Made by a program: the position numbers and the translations under genes
DNA from: Patescibacteria group bacterium
GTDB taxonomy: Bacteria; Patescibacteriota; UBA1384; JBAYJO01
Reading direction: 5' to 3'
Length of the DNA stretch: 64,000 bases
Assembly: GCA_041665085.1 (NCBI GenBank)
Contig: JBAYJO010000002.1
Span: forward strand, 19,413 to 83,412
Notes under the pieces: model-generated
The model's database searches: none
Seen by the model: only the letters and a program-made list of their open reading frames with translations
Told to the model about the DNA's origin: nothing
In this document: in pieces, positions 1 through 9,148 of the stretch
Numbering within the stretch: position 1 is the stretch's first letter
Layout: every line of letters begins with the position of its first letter

Positions 1-40
1 CTTCAGGCTTAATGGCAATAAAAGTTCGCTCTTGATGCAT
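1..40 (-). CDS. ndk: partial CDS (first 13 codons; continues past window start); N-terminus resembles nucleoside diphosphate kinase
   Basis: ATG at 38-40 on minus strand preceded by AGAGGT RBS; peptide MHQERTFIAIKPE matches the conserved Ndk N-terminal ERTF-IKPD signature; too short to be certain. Confidence 0.35.
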   Translation of the reverse strand, partial: MHQERTFIAIKPE

Positions 41-48
41 GGTTACCT

Positions 49-1314
49 CTATTTTATTAAATTTATAAAATGTTTTTCGTCTTTATATGGTCCGATTAAA
101 GCAATATTAATTTTATTTAAATCAAAAATTTGACGCGCAACATTTTGCACTTCTTCTGCCGTTACTTTCCTGATTTGCCGAGCAAATTCTAATGGCTCTT
201 CTATTTTATCAAAAAATAACTCTTGGCTGCCATAATAATTGGCAACTTCAAGTGATTCTTCCAGAGAAAGATAAAATCGGCCGCAAATATTTTCTTTTGC
301 TTTGTTTAATTCTTTTTCATCGATTTTGTTAGTTTTGATATTTTTAATTTCATCTATAATCAAACTAATTGCTTTATCAATCTTTGTTGGCTCAATTCCT
401 GAAGTTATCACAAAATCTCCGGTATCTTCAAAAAAATCAGTGCTGGAGCGGATGTAATAGCACAATCCGTGCCTTTCTCTGACCGTAATAAATAATCTCG
501 AACTCATAGCGCCGCCTAAAATATTTGACAAAACTGATAGGGCATATTTTCTTGAATCATGTTTTGAAAAAGTTTTAAATCCAAGTAGAATATTAGCTTG
601 ATCTATTTTTCGATAATCAAGCATTATTTTTGGATTTTTTTGGTCGTCTTTAAAAATTTCTGCTTTTGTTAAATCTCCTTTGGGAATTTCTTCCATTTTT
701 TCTTTTAGATTTTCAAGCCAAGCATTATCCTGTTTGCCTGCAACAGCAACAACAATATTTTTTCCAATATAATGTTTTTTAATATAATCAAGAAAATTAT
801 TTTTTTCAAATTTATTTACGGTTTCAATAGTTCCGCCAATATCTCTTCCAAGCGGTGTATCGTCATATAGCAACTCTTGACCCATTGTAGAAACATGCAA
901 TTTTGGATCCTCACGATACATATTTAATTCAGCTGTAATTACACCTTTTTCCCGTTCAATCTCCTTGATGTCAAACAGTGAATTAAAAAGCATATCATTT
1001 AATATATCTAAGCTATGATCAAAATCTTTTGATTGTGATTTGATATAAAATCCTGTTAATTCTTCTCCGGTAAACGCATTGAATTCTGCTCCAAGTTCAT
1101 CAAGGGAAGTTGAGATATCAAGAGTTGTCGGTCTTTTTTTTGTTCCTTTGAAAACCATGTGCTCTAAAAAATGGCTTAAGCCACCAGTCTCTTTTGTTTC
1201 ATATCTTGAACCAACTTTAACTAAAATTAAAACGGAAACAGTATTTGTATCTGTCATTGGTATACTAATAAATCTAATACCATTTTTTAAAATGTGTTTT
1301 TGATGCTTATACAT
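49..1314 (-). CDS. M16 family zinc metallopeptidase (pitrilysin/insulinase-like)
   Basis: 421-aa ORF with inverted zinc-binding motif HxxEH (GLSHFLEHMVFKGT) near N-terminus and downstream M16 fold-like sequence. Confidence 0.85.
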   Translation of the reverse strand: MYKHQKHILKNGIRFISIPMTDTNTVSVLILVKVGSRYETKETGGLSHFLEHMVFKGTKKRPTTLDISTSLDELGAEFNAFTGEELTGFYIKSQSKDFDHSLDILNDMLFNSLFDIKEIEREKGVITAELNMYREDPKLHVSTMGQELLYDDTPLGRDIGGTIETVNKFEKNNFLDYIKKHYIGKNIVVAVAGKQDNAWLENLKEKMEEIPKGDLTKAEIFKDDQKNPKIMLDYRKIDQANILLGFKTFSKHDSRKYALSVLSNILGGAMSSRLFITVRERHGLCYYIRSSTDFFEDTGDFVITSGIEPTKIDKAISLIIDEIKNIKTNKIDEKELNKAKENICGRFYLSLEESLEVANYYGSQELFFDKIEEPLEFARQIRKVTAEEVQNVARQIFDLNKINIALIGPYKDEKHFINLIK

Positions 1315-1419
1315 AGCTTGATCTTACTATTTTATTTAGTTCGAATCAAGGTCAAAAATTTTGCTATTTGATTTTAATTGTATTAATATTAGATTAGTTA
1401 AATATTATTAGGAGGGGAT

Positions 1420-2427
1420 GTGATCAATATACCTTTAGACAAAATATTACCAGTTACTTATGCAAGAGACAATCTTGCCAATCTTATTCAAAATACAACT
1501 GGTGAAACAGTTTATGTACTAACAAAAGGCGGACGACCAAGAGTTGCTTTAATTGATATTGTGTATTTAGAAAAACTTTGCGGAGAAAAGCTTGGAACAG
1601 GTAATTTTTCCGGATACACCGAGCCACCGGTAGTAGCGTCAAATAAAAATTCTATTTCAGAAGAAAAACCATTCAAAGCAATAGAAACCGTTTTGCCTCA
1701 AAAATCAAGTGAGCCAACAGTAAAACCAATCTCGGCGTCGACTCCGGTTTCAACTTTTTCACCTCCTGCAACTCCTAATTTATCATCATCAAGTAGCTTT
1801 TCTACGCCTTCGGCAGCTCCAGTAATAAATAATGACACAAACTCTACTATTCCTGAAGTAAAAACCGAAGATCCAAAAAAAGTGGAAAATTCTTCAGAAG
1901 AAAAATCTCCAACAGACAATAAATCAGTTGCAAGCGATGATGTACCTTTTGTAAATTTCTCGGCTTCAGGAACTCCAACAGATGAGAAAAAAGAATCACA
2001 AGAGCCAAAACTCCCTTCAGCAGATGAAATAGTAAGTAAAACTTTTCCAAATACCGCAACTACGCCAAATACAACGCCTGCTCCTTCGATTCCGTCAGCT
2101 GATGCAACAAAACCAGCTGCTCCAATTTCAAGCAATTATTCAAGTCAGTCTACTTCCGGATCGGTATTTGCATCAAAAACTCCGCCTGCTAATCCAGAAA
2201 CTTCTACTCCGACTCCTACTCCAACTTCAGGAATTAGCAGCGTTTTTGCAACAAATACAAACAATCAGCCAAAAAAAGCAGAAGGCACAACTATTCCAAT
2301 TAATAGTTCGAAACCAAATCAGGTTCCAGCACCAAGCAGCAATCTTCCCTCAAATGACAATACTGCTCAAAAACAAATATTAGGACAAAATAACACCACA
2401 AGTGTTGCCGATATGGACATTGGATAA
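1420..2427 (+). CDS. Phd/YefM-like antitoxin-fold N-terminal domain fused to long S/T/P/N-rich low-complexity tail
   Basis: GTG start 8 nt after GGAGGGG RBS; first ~55 aa (PVTYARDNLANLIQNT...VYVLTKGGRPRVALIDIVYLEKL) resemble Phd/YefM family; remaining ~280 aa are Ser/Thr/Pro-rich and look disordered; no toxin ORF adjacent. Confidence 0.6.
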   Translation: MINIPLDKILPVTYARDNLANLIQNTTGETVYVLTKGGRPRVALIDIVYLEKLCGEKLGTGNFSGYTEPPVVASNKNSISEEKPFKAIETVLPQKSSEPTVKPISASTPVSTFSPPATPNLSSSSSFSTPSAAPVINNDTNSTIPEVKTEDPKKVENSSEEKSPTDNKSVASDDVPFVNFSASGTPTDEKKESQEPKLPSADEIVSKTFPNTATTPNTTPAPSIPSADATKPAAPISSNYSSQSTSGSVFASKTPPANPETSTPTPTPTSGISSVFATNTNNQPKKAEGTTIPINSSKPNQVPAPSSNLPSNDNTAQKQILGQNNTTSVADMDIG

Positions 2428-2434
2428 TCTATTT

Positions 2435-3220
2435 CTAAATAAGAACTGCAATAATCAATAGCGCGAAAATTATTCTATAAATTAAAAATACTAAGAAATT
2501 ATTCTTTTTAATAAAATTCATCAGTAGCGCAATCGCAATATATCCGGAAATAAAAGAACTTAAAAGCCCGGCAAGAAAAAAAGAATTAAATTGATTTTCT
2601 ATTTGACCAATATGTGTGATCGCAGCACCTAATATAATTGGGGCTGATAAAAGAAAGGAAAATTTAACAGCACTTTCTCGATCAAGTTTGGCTAATCTGC
2701 CGGCTGAAATTGTAATACCCGATCTTGAACTGCCGGGAATCACGGCAACAATTTGGCATATCCCAATAAAAATCGCATCTTGAAATCTGATTTTTCCCAT
2801 ATTTTTAGAATTCTTACTATATATATCTGAAAAATACAAAATTAAACCAAATATTATCAAGGTTATAGCGATAATTGTTGGGCTGCGAAACACAGATTCA
2901 GCTTTAGATTCTAAAAAATACGCTCCTATAGCACTTGGAATAGAAGCCAGCACAATTAACCATGAAAGTTTTTCATCTGAAGAATTAATTTTTAATTTAA
3001 AAATGCTATTAAAAAAAGATTTAGCCAATTTTACCCATTCCTTCCAAAAAAATAACAGCAGAGCAAGTAAAGTTCCAATATGCAAAGCAATGTCAAAAGA
3101 CAGACCTAATTCTTTCCAATTAAAAAATTTGGGAATTATAACCAAATGGGCGGATGAAGAAATCGGCAAAAATTCGGTTAAACCTTGTACAATTCCTAAA
3201 ATTATTGAATGAACTAACAT
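2435..3220 (-). CDS. uppP: undecaprenyl-diphosphatase UppP (BacA)
   Basis: N-terminal motif GIVQGLTEFLPISSSAHL and polytopic membrane profile typical of UppP. Confidence 0.9.
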   Translation of the reverse strand: MLVHSIILGIVQGLTEFLPISSSAHLVIIPKFFNWKELGLSFDIALHIGTLLALLLFFWKEWVKLAKSFFNSIFKLKINSSDEKLSWLIVLASIPSAIGAYFLESKAESVFRSPTIIAITLIIFGLILYFSDIYSKNSKNMGKIRFQDAIFIGICQIVAVIPGSSRSGITISAGRLAKLDRESAVKFSFLLSAPIILGAAITHIGQIENQFNSFFLAGLLSSFISGYIAIALLMNFIKKNNFLVFLIYRIIFALLIIAVLI

Positions 3221-3810
3221 TATGCCAACCTTAATTTACGAGCCAAATTTATAATTGGCCTAGCAATATATTTTTCAAATGGTTTTTTAACAAGCCACAT
3301 AACAAAAGCTACCATGAAGCCAACAACAACTCCGCCCAGAATATCGGAAGGGTAATGTAGACCGGTTGCGATTCTGGCAAGTGAAACCAAAATTGCAGCA
3401 ATAAGAGTAAGATTGGCTAATTTATATTGTTTTAAAAAATAGAGCATAAAAGTTACAGCAAAAATCAGTGAGGCATGATCCGAAGGAAAAGACTGGTCCG
3501 GGCGGTGAAAAACAAGCTCATTAACAGAGATCAATCCGTTTTCAAAAGGTCTGGCTCTAAAAATGAATTGCTTTACTATTCCGGCAATAACCTGCCAGCC
3601 AATAATCCCAGCAAATAGAACATCAAGAGCAACAATTTTATTTTTATCATTGTCATCTTTTCTAAACCAAAGACAAAGCAAAATCAAAGGAACTAAATAA
3701 ATTGTTGCAAGCGCAAAAATCTGACTAATAAATTCAGCTATGGGGTGAGAAATTGCAAATTTATATAAAAAATCCAAAATATTTCGATCAAAAGATTGTA
3801 TCTGTTCCAT
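3220..3810 (-). CDS. PAP2 superfamily phosphatase (membrane)
   Basis: PAP2 motifs KxxxxxxRP (FIFRARPF), PSDH (SFPSDHAS) and SRxxxxxHxxxD-like (LHYPSDILGG). Confidence 0.8.
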   Translation of the reverse strand: MEQIQSFDRNILDFLYKFAISHPIAEFISQIFALATIYLVPLILLCLWFRKDDNDKNKIVALDVLFAGIIGWQVIAGIVKQFIFRARPFENGLISVNELVFHRPDQSFPSDHASLIFAVTFMLYFLKQYKLANLTLIAAILVSLARIATGLHYPSDILGGVVVGFMVAFVMWLVKKPFEKYIARPIINLARKLRLA

Positions 3811-3905
3811 GTGATTATTATAAATGTTTTATATTCATCCGTAAATGTCGTACAATAATATTAATGCAATAAATTATAAATGCTCAATGTTGTTAAAAAT
3901 TACTT

Positions 3906-3947
3906 AGCACCGGCGGACCTACATGCCTGCCTCGCCGGCAGGCGGGC
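3906..3947. other. GC-rich palindromic element (gcctgcc-tcgcc-ggcaggc with flanking ccggcg/cgccgg) in divergent PAP2/xerC intergenic region
   Basis: About 75% GC stretch in otherwise AT-rich spacer; 7-bp GC stem with 5-nt loop seen directly in sequence. Confidence 0.3.
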
Positions 3948-4005
3948 GTAATTTTCAACAACACCTCACACGATTTGTATTATTATAACTTAAAGGTATT
4001 TTATT

Positions 4006-4926
4006 ATGGATCAATATGTAGACAATTTTATTCAATATTTGGAAATAGAGAAAAATGTTTCTTTGCAAACTTTGAGAAACTATTCACATTATTTAAATCG
4101 TTTTCTTACGTGGTGTGAAAATGAAAATATTAATGCTCCAAAAGACATCACAAATGATACTATTTCAAAATATAGATTATTTTTAAATCGATTTGAAAAT
4201 AATAAAGCTGAAAAATTATCAATCAAAACACAAAATTATCATATGATTGCATTAAGATCTTTGATTAAATTTTTGCATATTCGTGATATTGAGACTATTC
4301 CGGCTGAAAAAATCAGTTTGTCAAAACAAAAAGATCGGGAAATTAGTTTTCTTGATCCTGATGAAGTTGAAAGATTGATGCAAGCATGTAATTTGGACAA
4401 AAAAAATGGTTTTCGAGACCGAGCAATTCTTGAAATGTTATATTCAACCGGCCTTAGAGTAAGTGAGCTGGTTAATTTAGATCGAGAAAAAATTAATCTT
4501 GAAAGAAAAGAAGCCAGCATATTGGGAAAAGGAGGAAAATCAAGGGTAGTATTTTTTTCTGATGAAGCAATTAAATGGACCTTTAGATATTTAAAAACGC
4601 GAGCTGATAAATTCCCTCCCCTATTTATCCACACAGCAAAAAATCAAAACACAGATGAGAAAAATTGCCGATTAACCACAAGATCCATTCAAAGAATTCT
4701 GCATAAATACGCTCTTAAAGCAGGAATCACAAAAATAGTAACCCCGCATGTCCTGCGCCATACTTTTGCTACCGATCTTTTATTTAATGGAGCTGATTTG
4801 AGATCTGTTCAAGAGATGTTGGGACACAGTTCTGTAAATACAACTCAAATGTATACTCATGTTACAAATTCTCAACTCAAAGAAGTTCATGACGCATTTC
4901 ACAATCGAACCAGAAAAAAAGATTAA
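4006..4926 (+). CDS. xerC: tyrosine site-specific recombinase, XerC/XerD family
   Basis: N-terminal core-binding (SAM-like) domain; C-terminal catalytic motifs incl. HVLRHTFAT...LLGHSSVNTTQMYTHV with catalytic Tyr. Confidence 0.85.
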   Translation: MDQYVDNFIQYLEIEKNVSLQTLRNYSHYLNRFLTWCENENINAPKDITNDTISKYRLFLNRFENNKAEKLSIKTQNYHMIALRSLIKFLHIRDIETIPAEKISLSKQKDREISFLDPDEVERLMQACNLDKKNGFRDRAILEMLYSTGLRVSELVNLDREKINLERKEASILGKGGKSRVVFFSDEAIKWTFRYLKTRADKFPPLFIHTAKNQNTDEKNCRLTTRSIQRILHKYALKAGITKIVTPHVLRHTFATDLLFNGADLRSVQEMLGHSSVNTTQMYTHVTNSQLKEVHDAFHNRTRKKD

Positions 4927-5369
4927 ATTTCAGTTGGCGGTTCGTTTTCTTGACCATTATCACCTTGATCTCTTTGTTTTAATTTATTGATTACAGCAGT
5001 TGCATCTTCATACGCTTTTGATTTACCTTCAGGGGTAATTCTTGAAAATGTTCCCGGAGCCGGCTCTTCAACTTGTGATTCTTTAATTAAAGACTGAAAA
5101 TTTTCTGTATCATCAAGAGGTTCTGCTAAAGACATATCATCAGGATTATATTCTTTAGCTGAATCAATCTCGTCTGTATCAAATAATTCACCATTTTTAG
5201 CATCCGCTATTTGTTTTTTTTGATATCTTCGTTGTTTTCTTTTGAGGAATTCCGGATCATTTCGCATTATTGATTCAAAATTTGCTTTGTTATCAATTAA
5301 ATCAACCGGCGGCATCTCTTCATCGCTATAATCTCTTTCCGGTCCTACTTCGAAATCTTCTCTTGACAT
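4923..5369 (-). CDS. hypothetical acidic protein
   Basis: 148-aa ORF, Asp/Glu rich, no recognisable domain; codon usage matches host. Confidence 0.45.
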   Translation of the reverse strand: MSREDFEVGPERDYSDEEMPPVDLIDNKANFESIMRNDPEFLKRKQRRYQKKQIADAKNGELFDTDEIDSAKEYNPDDMSLAEPLDDTENFQSLIKESQVEEPAPGTFSRITPEGKSKAYEDATAVINKLKQRDQGDNGQENEPPTEI

Positions 5370-5548
5370 AATAACTCCTATTTGACATTAAATTATTTTT
5401 TTGAACTATTTTTTATTACATTAATATTTTTAATTAAAATCATATTTAAAGCAAATTACTTCAAGTGTCTTTTTACTATATAAAAAATTATCCACTAGAG
5501 CGCTTGTGGTACTTAGGACTATAATTCAGATGGAAGGGGGCGATCGTT

Positions 5549-5971
5549 TTGACTGCTGATACACTGGTGGGAGAATCAACCACCTATTCAAGTCAGGATC
5601 TATTCAAAACCGTCAGTGCAATCATACAAGACTCGGAAAGAGCACCTAAAGAAGCGGTTGAGACCGTTAAGGATGTTCTGAATCGAGCGTTGTCATACAT
5701 CAGATCGGTTCAAAGTGGCCACTACCCCAAAGATCCAATGGGTAGCTGGATCACAGATACGCTAGTCAGATCCAGCACAGGATACCGGGGCGATCATATT
5801 GATCGGTGCGTCCGAGAACTCGAACTAGAACGTGGAGACAAGGTGTTTGGCTACTCCACAGCTGCGAGTTTCATGACCATTCTGGCAAATGAGGCAAATC
5901 CTGATCATGAAGGCTGCCAGATGCTTCATGAAATACTGATGCCGCTTGTGGTGTATGCAAGCAACCAATGA
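5549..5971 (+). CDS. hypothetical protein encoded on GC-rich islet A
   Basis: TTG start 8 nt downstream of GGAAGGGGG RBS; 140 aa; about 48% GC versus about 30% background; followed by hairpin terminator. Confidence 0.5.
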   Translation: MTADTLVGESTTYSSQDLFKTVSAIIQDSERAPKEAVETVKDVLNRALSYIRSVQSGHYPKDPMGSWITDTLVRSSTGYRGDHIDRCVRELELERGDKVFGYSTAASFMTILANEANPDHEGCQMLHEILMPLVVYASNQ

Positions 5972-5982
5972 ACCTCGACTTT

Positions 5983-6008
5983 GCCCCTCAATCAGCGGAT
6001 TGAGGGGC
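5983..6008 (+). terminator. GC-rich hairpin (11-bp perfect stem gcccctcaatc/gattgaggggc, loop agcg) downstream of islet A gene
   Basis: perfect inverted repeat read directly; 12 nt after stop codon. Confidence 0.6.
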
Positions 6009-6082
6009 GCGCTTTAAGTAAAATCTTGATTTTTTATCAATTTTAGAATAAGATGAATTGAAATTATTTAAATATTAAATTT

Positions 6083-7183
6083 ATGAAAATAGGAATTGTC
6101 GGACTACCGAATGTGGGCAAATCAACATTATTTAATGCATTAGTATCTGCTTCTCAAGCAGAAGCTTCAAATTATCCTTTTTGTACTATTGATCCAAATA
6201 TAGGCATTGTAAATGTGCCGGACGTTAGGCTTGAAAAATTAACCAATATTTCAAAAAGTGCGAAAACCATTCCGGCAATTGTTGAATTTGTTGATGTGGC
6301 CGGACTTGTTGCCGGAGCTCACAAGGGTGAGGGTCTTGGCAATCAATTTTTATCACACATTAGAGAATGCGACGCTATCGTTATTGTAACGAGGTTTTTT
6401 GAAGACGGAAATATTATTCATGTTAATGGTAAAACCAATCCGGAAGAAGACGGTAAAATTATTAATTTAGAGCTAATTCTTTCTGATCTATCGATAGTGG
6501 AAAAAAGATTGGAATCGCTTCAAAAAGACATTAAACAAAACGATCTAAAAGCAAGATTAGCTTGCGGGGCGCTCGAAAAAATTAAAAATACGCTTGAAAA
6601 TGAAAAACCAGCTCAAAGTGTCATTTTAGATATTAAAGAACAAGAATCCATTAAAGAAATTAATTTAATTACTTTAAAACCAGCAATTTATATTGCAAAT
6701 GTTTCGGAATCCGATGCCGGACTTGAAAAAAATGAACTACTGGAAAAATACAAGGCAACAGAATATTTTAACAGCAAAAATTTAATTATTGTGTCAGCAA
6801 AAATTGAATCCGATCTAAACAATTTAGAAGAAACTGAAAAAAAAGAATATCTGGAATCAATTGGGCTTAAAGAATCCGGTCTTGTAAGACTAATTAAAGA
6901 AGCATATTCAGCGCTTGGACTTATTACCTATTTTACAACAGGTGAAAAAGAATCAAGAGCTTGGACAATTCATAAAGGATCATCTGCACCTCAAGCAGCA
7001 GGAGTGATTCATACTGATTTTGAGCGCGGTTTTATTGCTGCCGATATTTGTAAATATGACGACTTTATTAATTCAAACGGTTGGCAGAATGCAAAAGAAA
7101 AAGGACTGGTGAAAACTCAAGGTAAAGATTATATTTTTGAAGATGGTGATATCACGATTTTTAAATTTAATGTAAATCGTTAG
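6083..7183 (+). CDS. ychF: ribosome-binding ATPase YchF (Obg-like GTPase family)
   Basis: P-loop GLPNVGKST, conserved NFPFCTIDPN, C-terminal TGS domain; 366 aa. Confidence 0.9.
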   Translation: MKIGIVGLPNVGKSTLFNALVSASQAEASNYPFCTIDPNIGIVNVPDVRLEKLTNISKSAKTIPAIVEFVDVAGLVAGAHKGEGLGNQFLSHIRECDAIVIVTRFFEDGNIIHVNGKTNPEEDGKIINLELILSDLSIVEKRLESLQKDIKQNDLKARLACGALEKIKNTLENEKPAQSVILDIKEQESIKEINLITLKPAIYIANVSESDAGLEKNELLEKYKATEYFNSKNLIIVSAKIESDLNNLEETEKKEYLESIGLKESGLVRLIKEAYSALGLITYFTTGEKESRAWTIHKGSSAPQAAGVIHTDFERGFIAADICKYDDFINSNGWQNAKEKGLVKTQGKDYIFEDGDITIFKFNVNR

Positions 7184-7241
7184 CTTGGGGGTTGTAAAAG
7201 AGTTAATCTTGTGTTAATATTTAGTAAATAACAAATAGAAA

Positions 7242-7292
7242 ATCTACCCAATTCGACCATTGCACGCGAGAAGGAACTTGCTGCAGGTAGAT
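7242..7292 (+). promoter_or_regulatory. structured 5' leader upstream of rpsF (atctacc...ggtagat stem enclosing GC-rich core), candidate S6:S18 autoregulatory leader
   Basis: 7-bp inverted repeat closing a ~37-nt GC-richer segment immediately upstream of the rpsF RBS. Confidence 0.3.
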
Positions 7293-7308
7293 TAGAAAGG
7301 AATAAATA

Positions 7309-7881
7309 ATGAACTTATACGAAGTTACTTATATTTCTACTGAAGAAAAAGGTAACGACATTGCCAAAGCTATTTTTGATAGCTTTGATGCGGAAATTAC
7401 AAATCATCAAGATTTAGGAAAGAGAAAATTAGCTTACAAAATAAACAAAGAAACACAAGCTAATTATTTTTGCGATTTAATTAAAATTGATGGGGAAAAT
7501 GTTGGAAAACTTGAAAAAAAATTAAACCAAAACGATAAAATCTTAAGAGCTTTAATACTAAGAAAATCGGAAACAACCGTTGAAAATGTTTTACCTTCGA
7601 TAGAAGTAAAATCAACTGAAATCATTAAAGAAAATAAAGAAACAGAAATCATTCCAATAAAAGAAGTGAAAAAAGAAGAAACCAAGAAAACTGAAGCAGA
7701 AGAAAAAGTAGAAAAAGTCTTAGAAAAGGGAAATAAAAAAACAGTTGCAAAAGAAGAGAAAAAGGCAGAAACTGTAGACGAAGCTAAAGAGAAAAAAGAC
7801 AAAGTTAAAAAAGAAGCAGAAGAAGAAAAAGAACGACTTGAAAAGCTAGAAGAGAAATTAGACCAATTATTAAAGGATTAA
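7309..7881 (+). CDS. rpsF: 30S ribosomal protein S6 with Lys/Glu-rich C-terminal extension
   Basis: N-terminal MNLYEVTYI...GKRKLAYKI S6 signature; gene order rpsF-ssb-rpsR. Confidence 0.8.
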   Translation: MNLYEVTYISTEEKGNDIAKAIFDSFDAEITNHQDLGKRKLAYKINKETQANYFCDLIKIDGENVGKLEKKLNQNDKILRALILRKSETTVENVLPSIEVKSTEIIKENKETEIIPIKEVKKEETKKTEAEEKVEKVLEKGNKKTVAKEEKKAETVDEAKEKKDKVKKEAEEEKERLEKLEEKLDQLLKD

Positions 7882-7910
7882 CCTGAAATAATCAGGAGGA
7901 AAGGAACAAA

Positions 7911-8363
7911 ATGTTAAGTGTAAATCGCGCCACAATCTTAGGAAATTTAACACGAGATCCAGAACTTAGGTCTACTCCAACTGGAAGAAATGTCTGTTCA
8001 TTTTCAATTGCAACAAATAGACGCTGGTCAGGAGATGACGGCGCGCAACAAGAAGCTGTTGAATATCATGATATTGTTGCTTGGGGCAAACTAGCTGAAA
8101 TGGTAAATTCAATGCTTAAAAAAGGAAAACCGGTTTATGTGGAAGGAAGACTCCAAACCAGATCATGGGATGGACAAGATGGAATCAAAAGATACAAAAC
8201 CGAAATTGTTGCAGATTTCATTAGCGCACTTGGCGGCCGAGAAGATATGAGCGGCGCAAGCAGTTTCCCATCAGCTAGTATTAAAGAAGAAAAAACAACA
8301 ACAAAAAATAAAAAAGATGAACCAAGCGAAGAAACAATCGATCTTGATTCAATACCATTTTAA
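7911..8363 (+). CDS. ssb: single-stranded DNA-binding protein
   Basis: OB-fold N-terminus (RATILGNLTRDPELR...), acidic C-terminal tail ending DIPF. Confidence 0.9.
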   Translation: MLSVNRATILGNLTRDPELRSTPTGRNVCSFSIATNRRWSGDDGAQQEAVEYHDIVAWGKLAEMVNSMLKKGKPVYVEGRLQTRSWDGQDGIKRYKTEIVADFISALGGREDMSGASSFPSASIKEEKTTTKNKKDEPSEETIDLDSIPF

Positions 8364-8374
8364 GGAAAAGAAAA

Positions 8375-8584
8375 ATGAGAACAAAAAAAGAATGCATGTT
8401 TTGCAAAAGAAAAATTAATGAAGTTGACTACAAAGACGCCGGGATTTTGCAGAAGTTTATGAATCCTTGGGGTAAAATAAAACCAGCAACAGATACCGGA
8501 CTTTGCGCCAGACATCAAAGAAGATTAGCAGAAGCTGTCAAACGAGCTCGCTTTTTAGCTATTATTCCTTATAGTTCGAGATAA
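8375..8584 (+). CDS. rpsR: 30S ribosomal protein S18
   Basis: CMFCKRKINEVDYKD...LCARHQRRLAEAVKRAR S18 signature. Confidence 0.9.
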   Translation: MRTKKECMFCKRKINEVDYKDAGILQKFMNPWGKIKPATDTGLCARHQRRLAEAVKRARFLAIIPYSSR

Positions 8585-8611
8585 ATTTCAAAATTTATAA
8601 TTTAACTGTTT

Positions 8612-9148
8612 ATGTCTTTTGTAAAAATTGATAATTCGATATTTGAAATCTTAAAAAAAGATCACATTAAAATGGGTCGTGGTTCTGGAATTGATAGAAT
8701 TAGCATTAAAAATCTTGAAACAGGCGCGATAATGGAAAGAACCTACAAAAGCAATCAAGATGTAGAAGAAGTCGATCTCGATCGAAAAAAGATCCAATTT
8801 TTATATAAGGAAAATGATAAATTTTTCTTTATGGACAATGAATCTTTTGAACAATATGAGCTAGATTTGAAAATAATCGGTAATTTCAGCAATTTTCTAA
8901 AAGAAGGCGACGAAATTGATGCTTTATTTTATAATAATCGCATTTTAACTGTCCAGACTCCACTTAAAGTAAAACTTAAAGTTGTTTCAGCTGAACCCGC
9001 AACAAAAGGAAACAGCGTAGACTCTCCAACCAAAACAGTTGAATTTGAAACCGGATTCAGAACTCAAGTTCCATTGTTTATTAAAGAAGGAGACATGATA
9101 ATTGTAAATACCGAATCTGGAAAATATGTTGAAAGGGCCAAAGAATGA
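8612..9148 (+). CDS. efp: elongation factor P
   Basis: 178 aa with KGNSVDSPTKTVEFETG and C-terminal OB domains typical of EF-P. Confidence 0.9.
   Translation: MSFVKIDNSIFEILKKDHIKMGRGSGIDRISIKNLETGAIMERTYKSNQDVEEVDLDRKKIQFLYKENDKFFFMDNESFEQYELDLKIIGNFSNFLKEGDEIDALFYNNRILTVQTPLKVKLKVVSAEPATKGNSVDSPTKTVEFETGFRTQVPLFIKEGDMIIVNTESGKYVERAKE

Noticed and set aside
1698-2383. Antisense and alternative-frame ORFs (1698..2135, 1847..2059, 2102..2383) inside the S/T/P-rich gene
   Set aside because: They are artefacts of low-complexity repetitive codons. No RBS, and they fully overlap a better-supported ORF.
4006-6010. Integrative element bounded by the tyrosine recombinase gene and GC-rich islet A
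   Set aside because: The recombinase has typical chromosomal XerC/D features. No flanking direct repeats or att-like duplications were found around 3.9-6.0 kb. The GC-rich islet is a single gene with its own terminator.
7464-7802. Minus-strand 112-aa ORF within rpsF Lys/Glu-rich tail
   Set aside because: Mirror-image artefact of the repetitive GAA/AAA codon region of rpsF.
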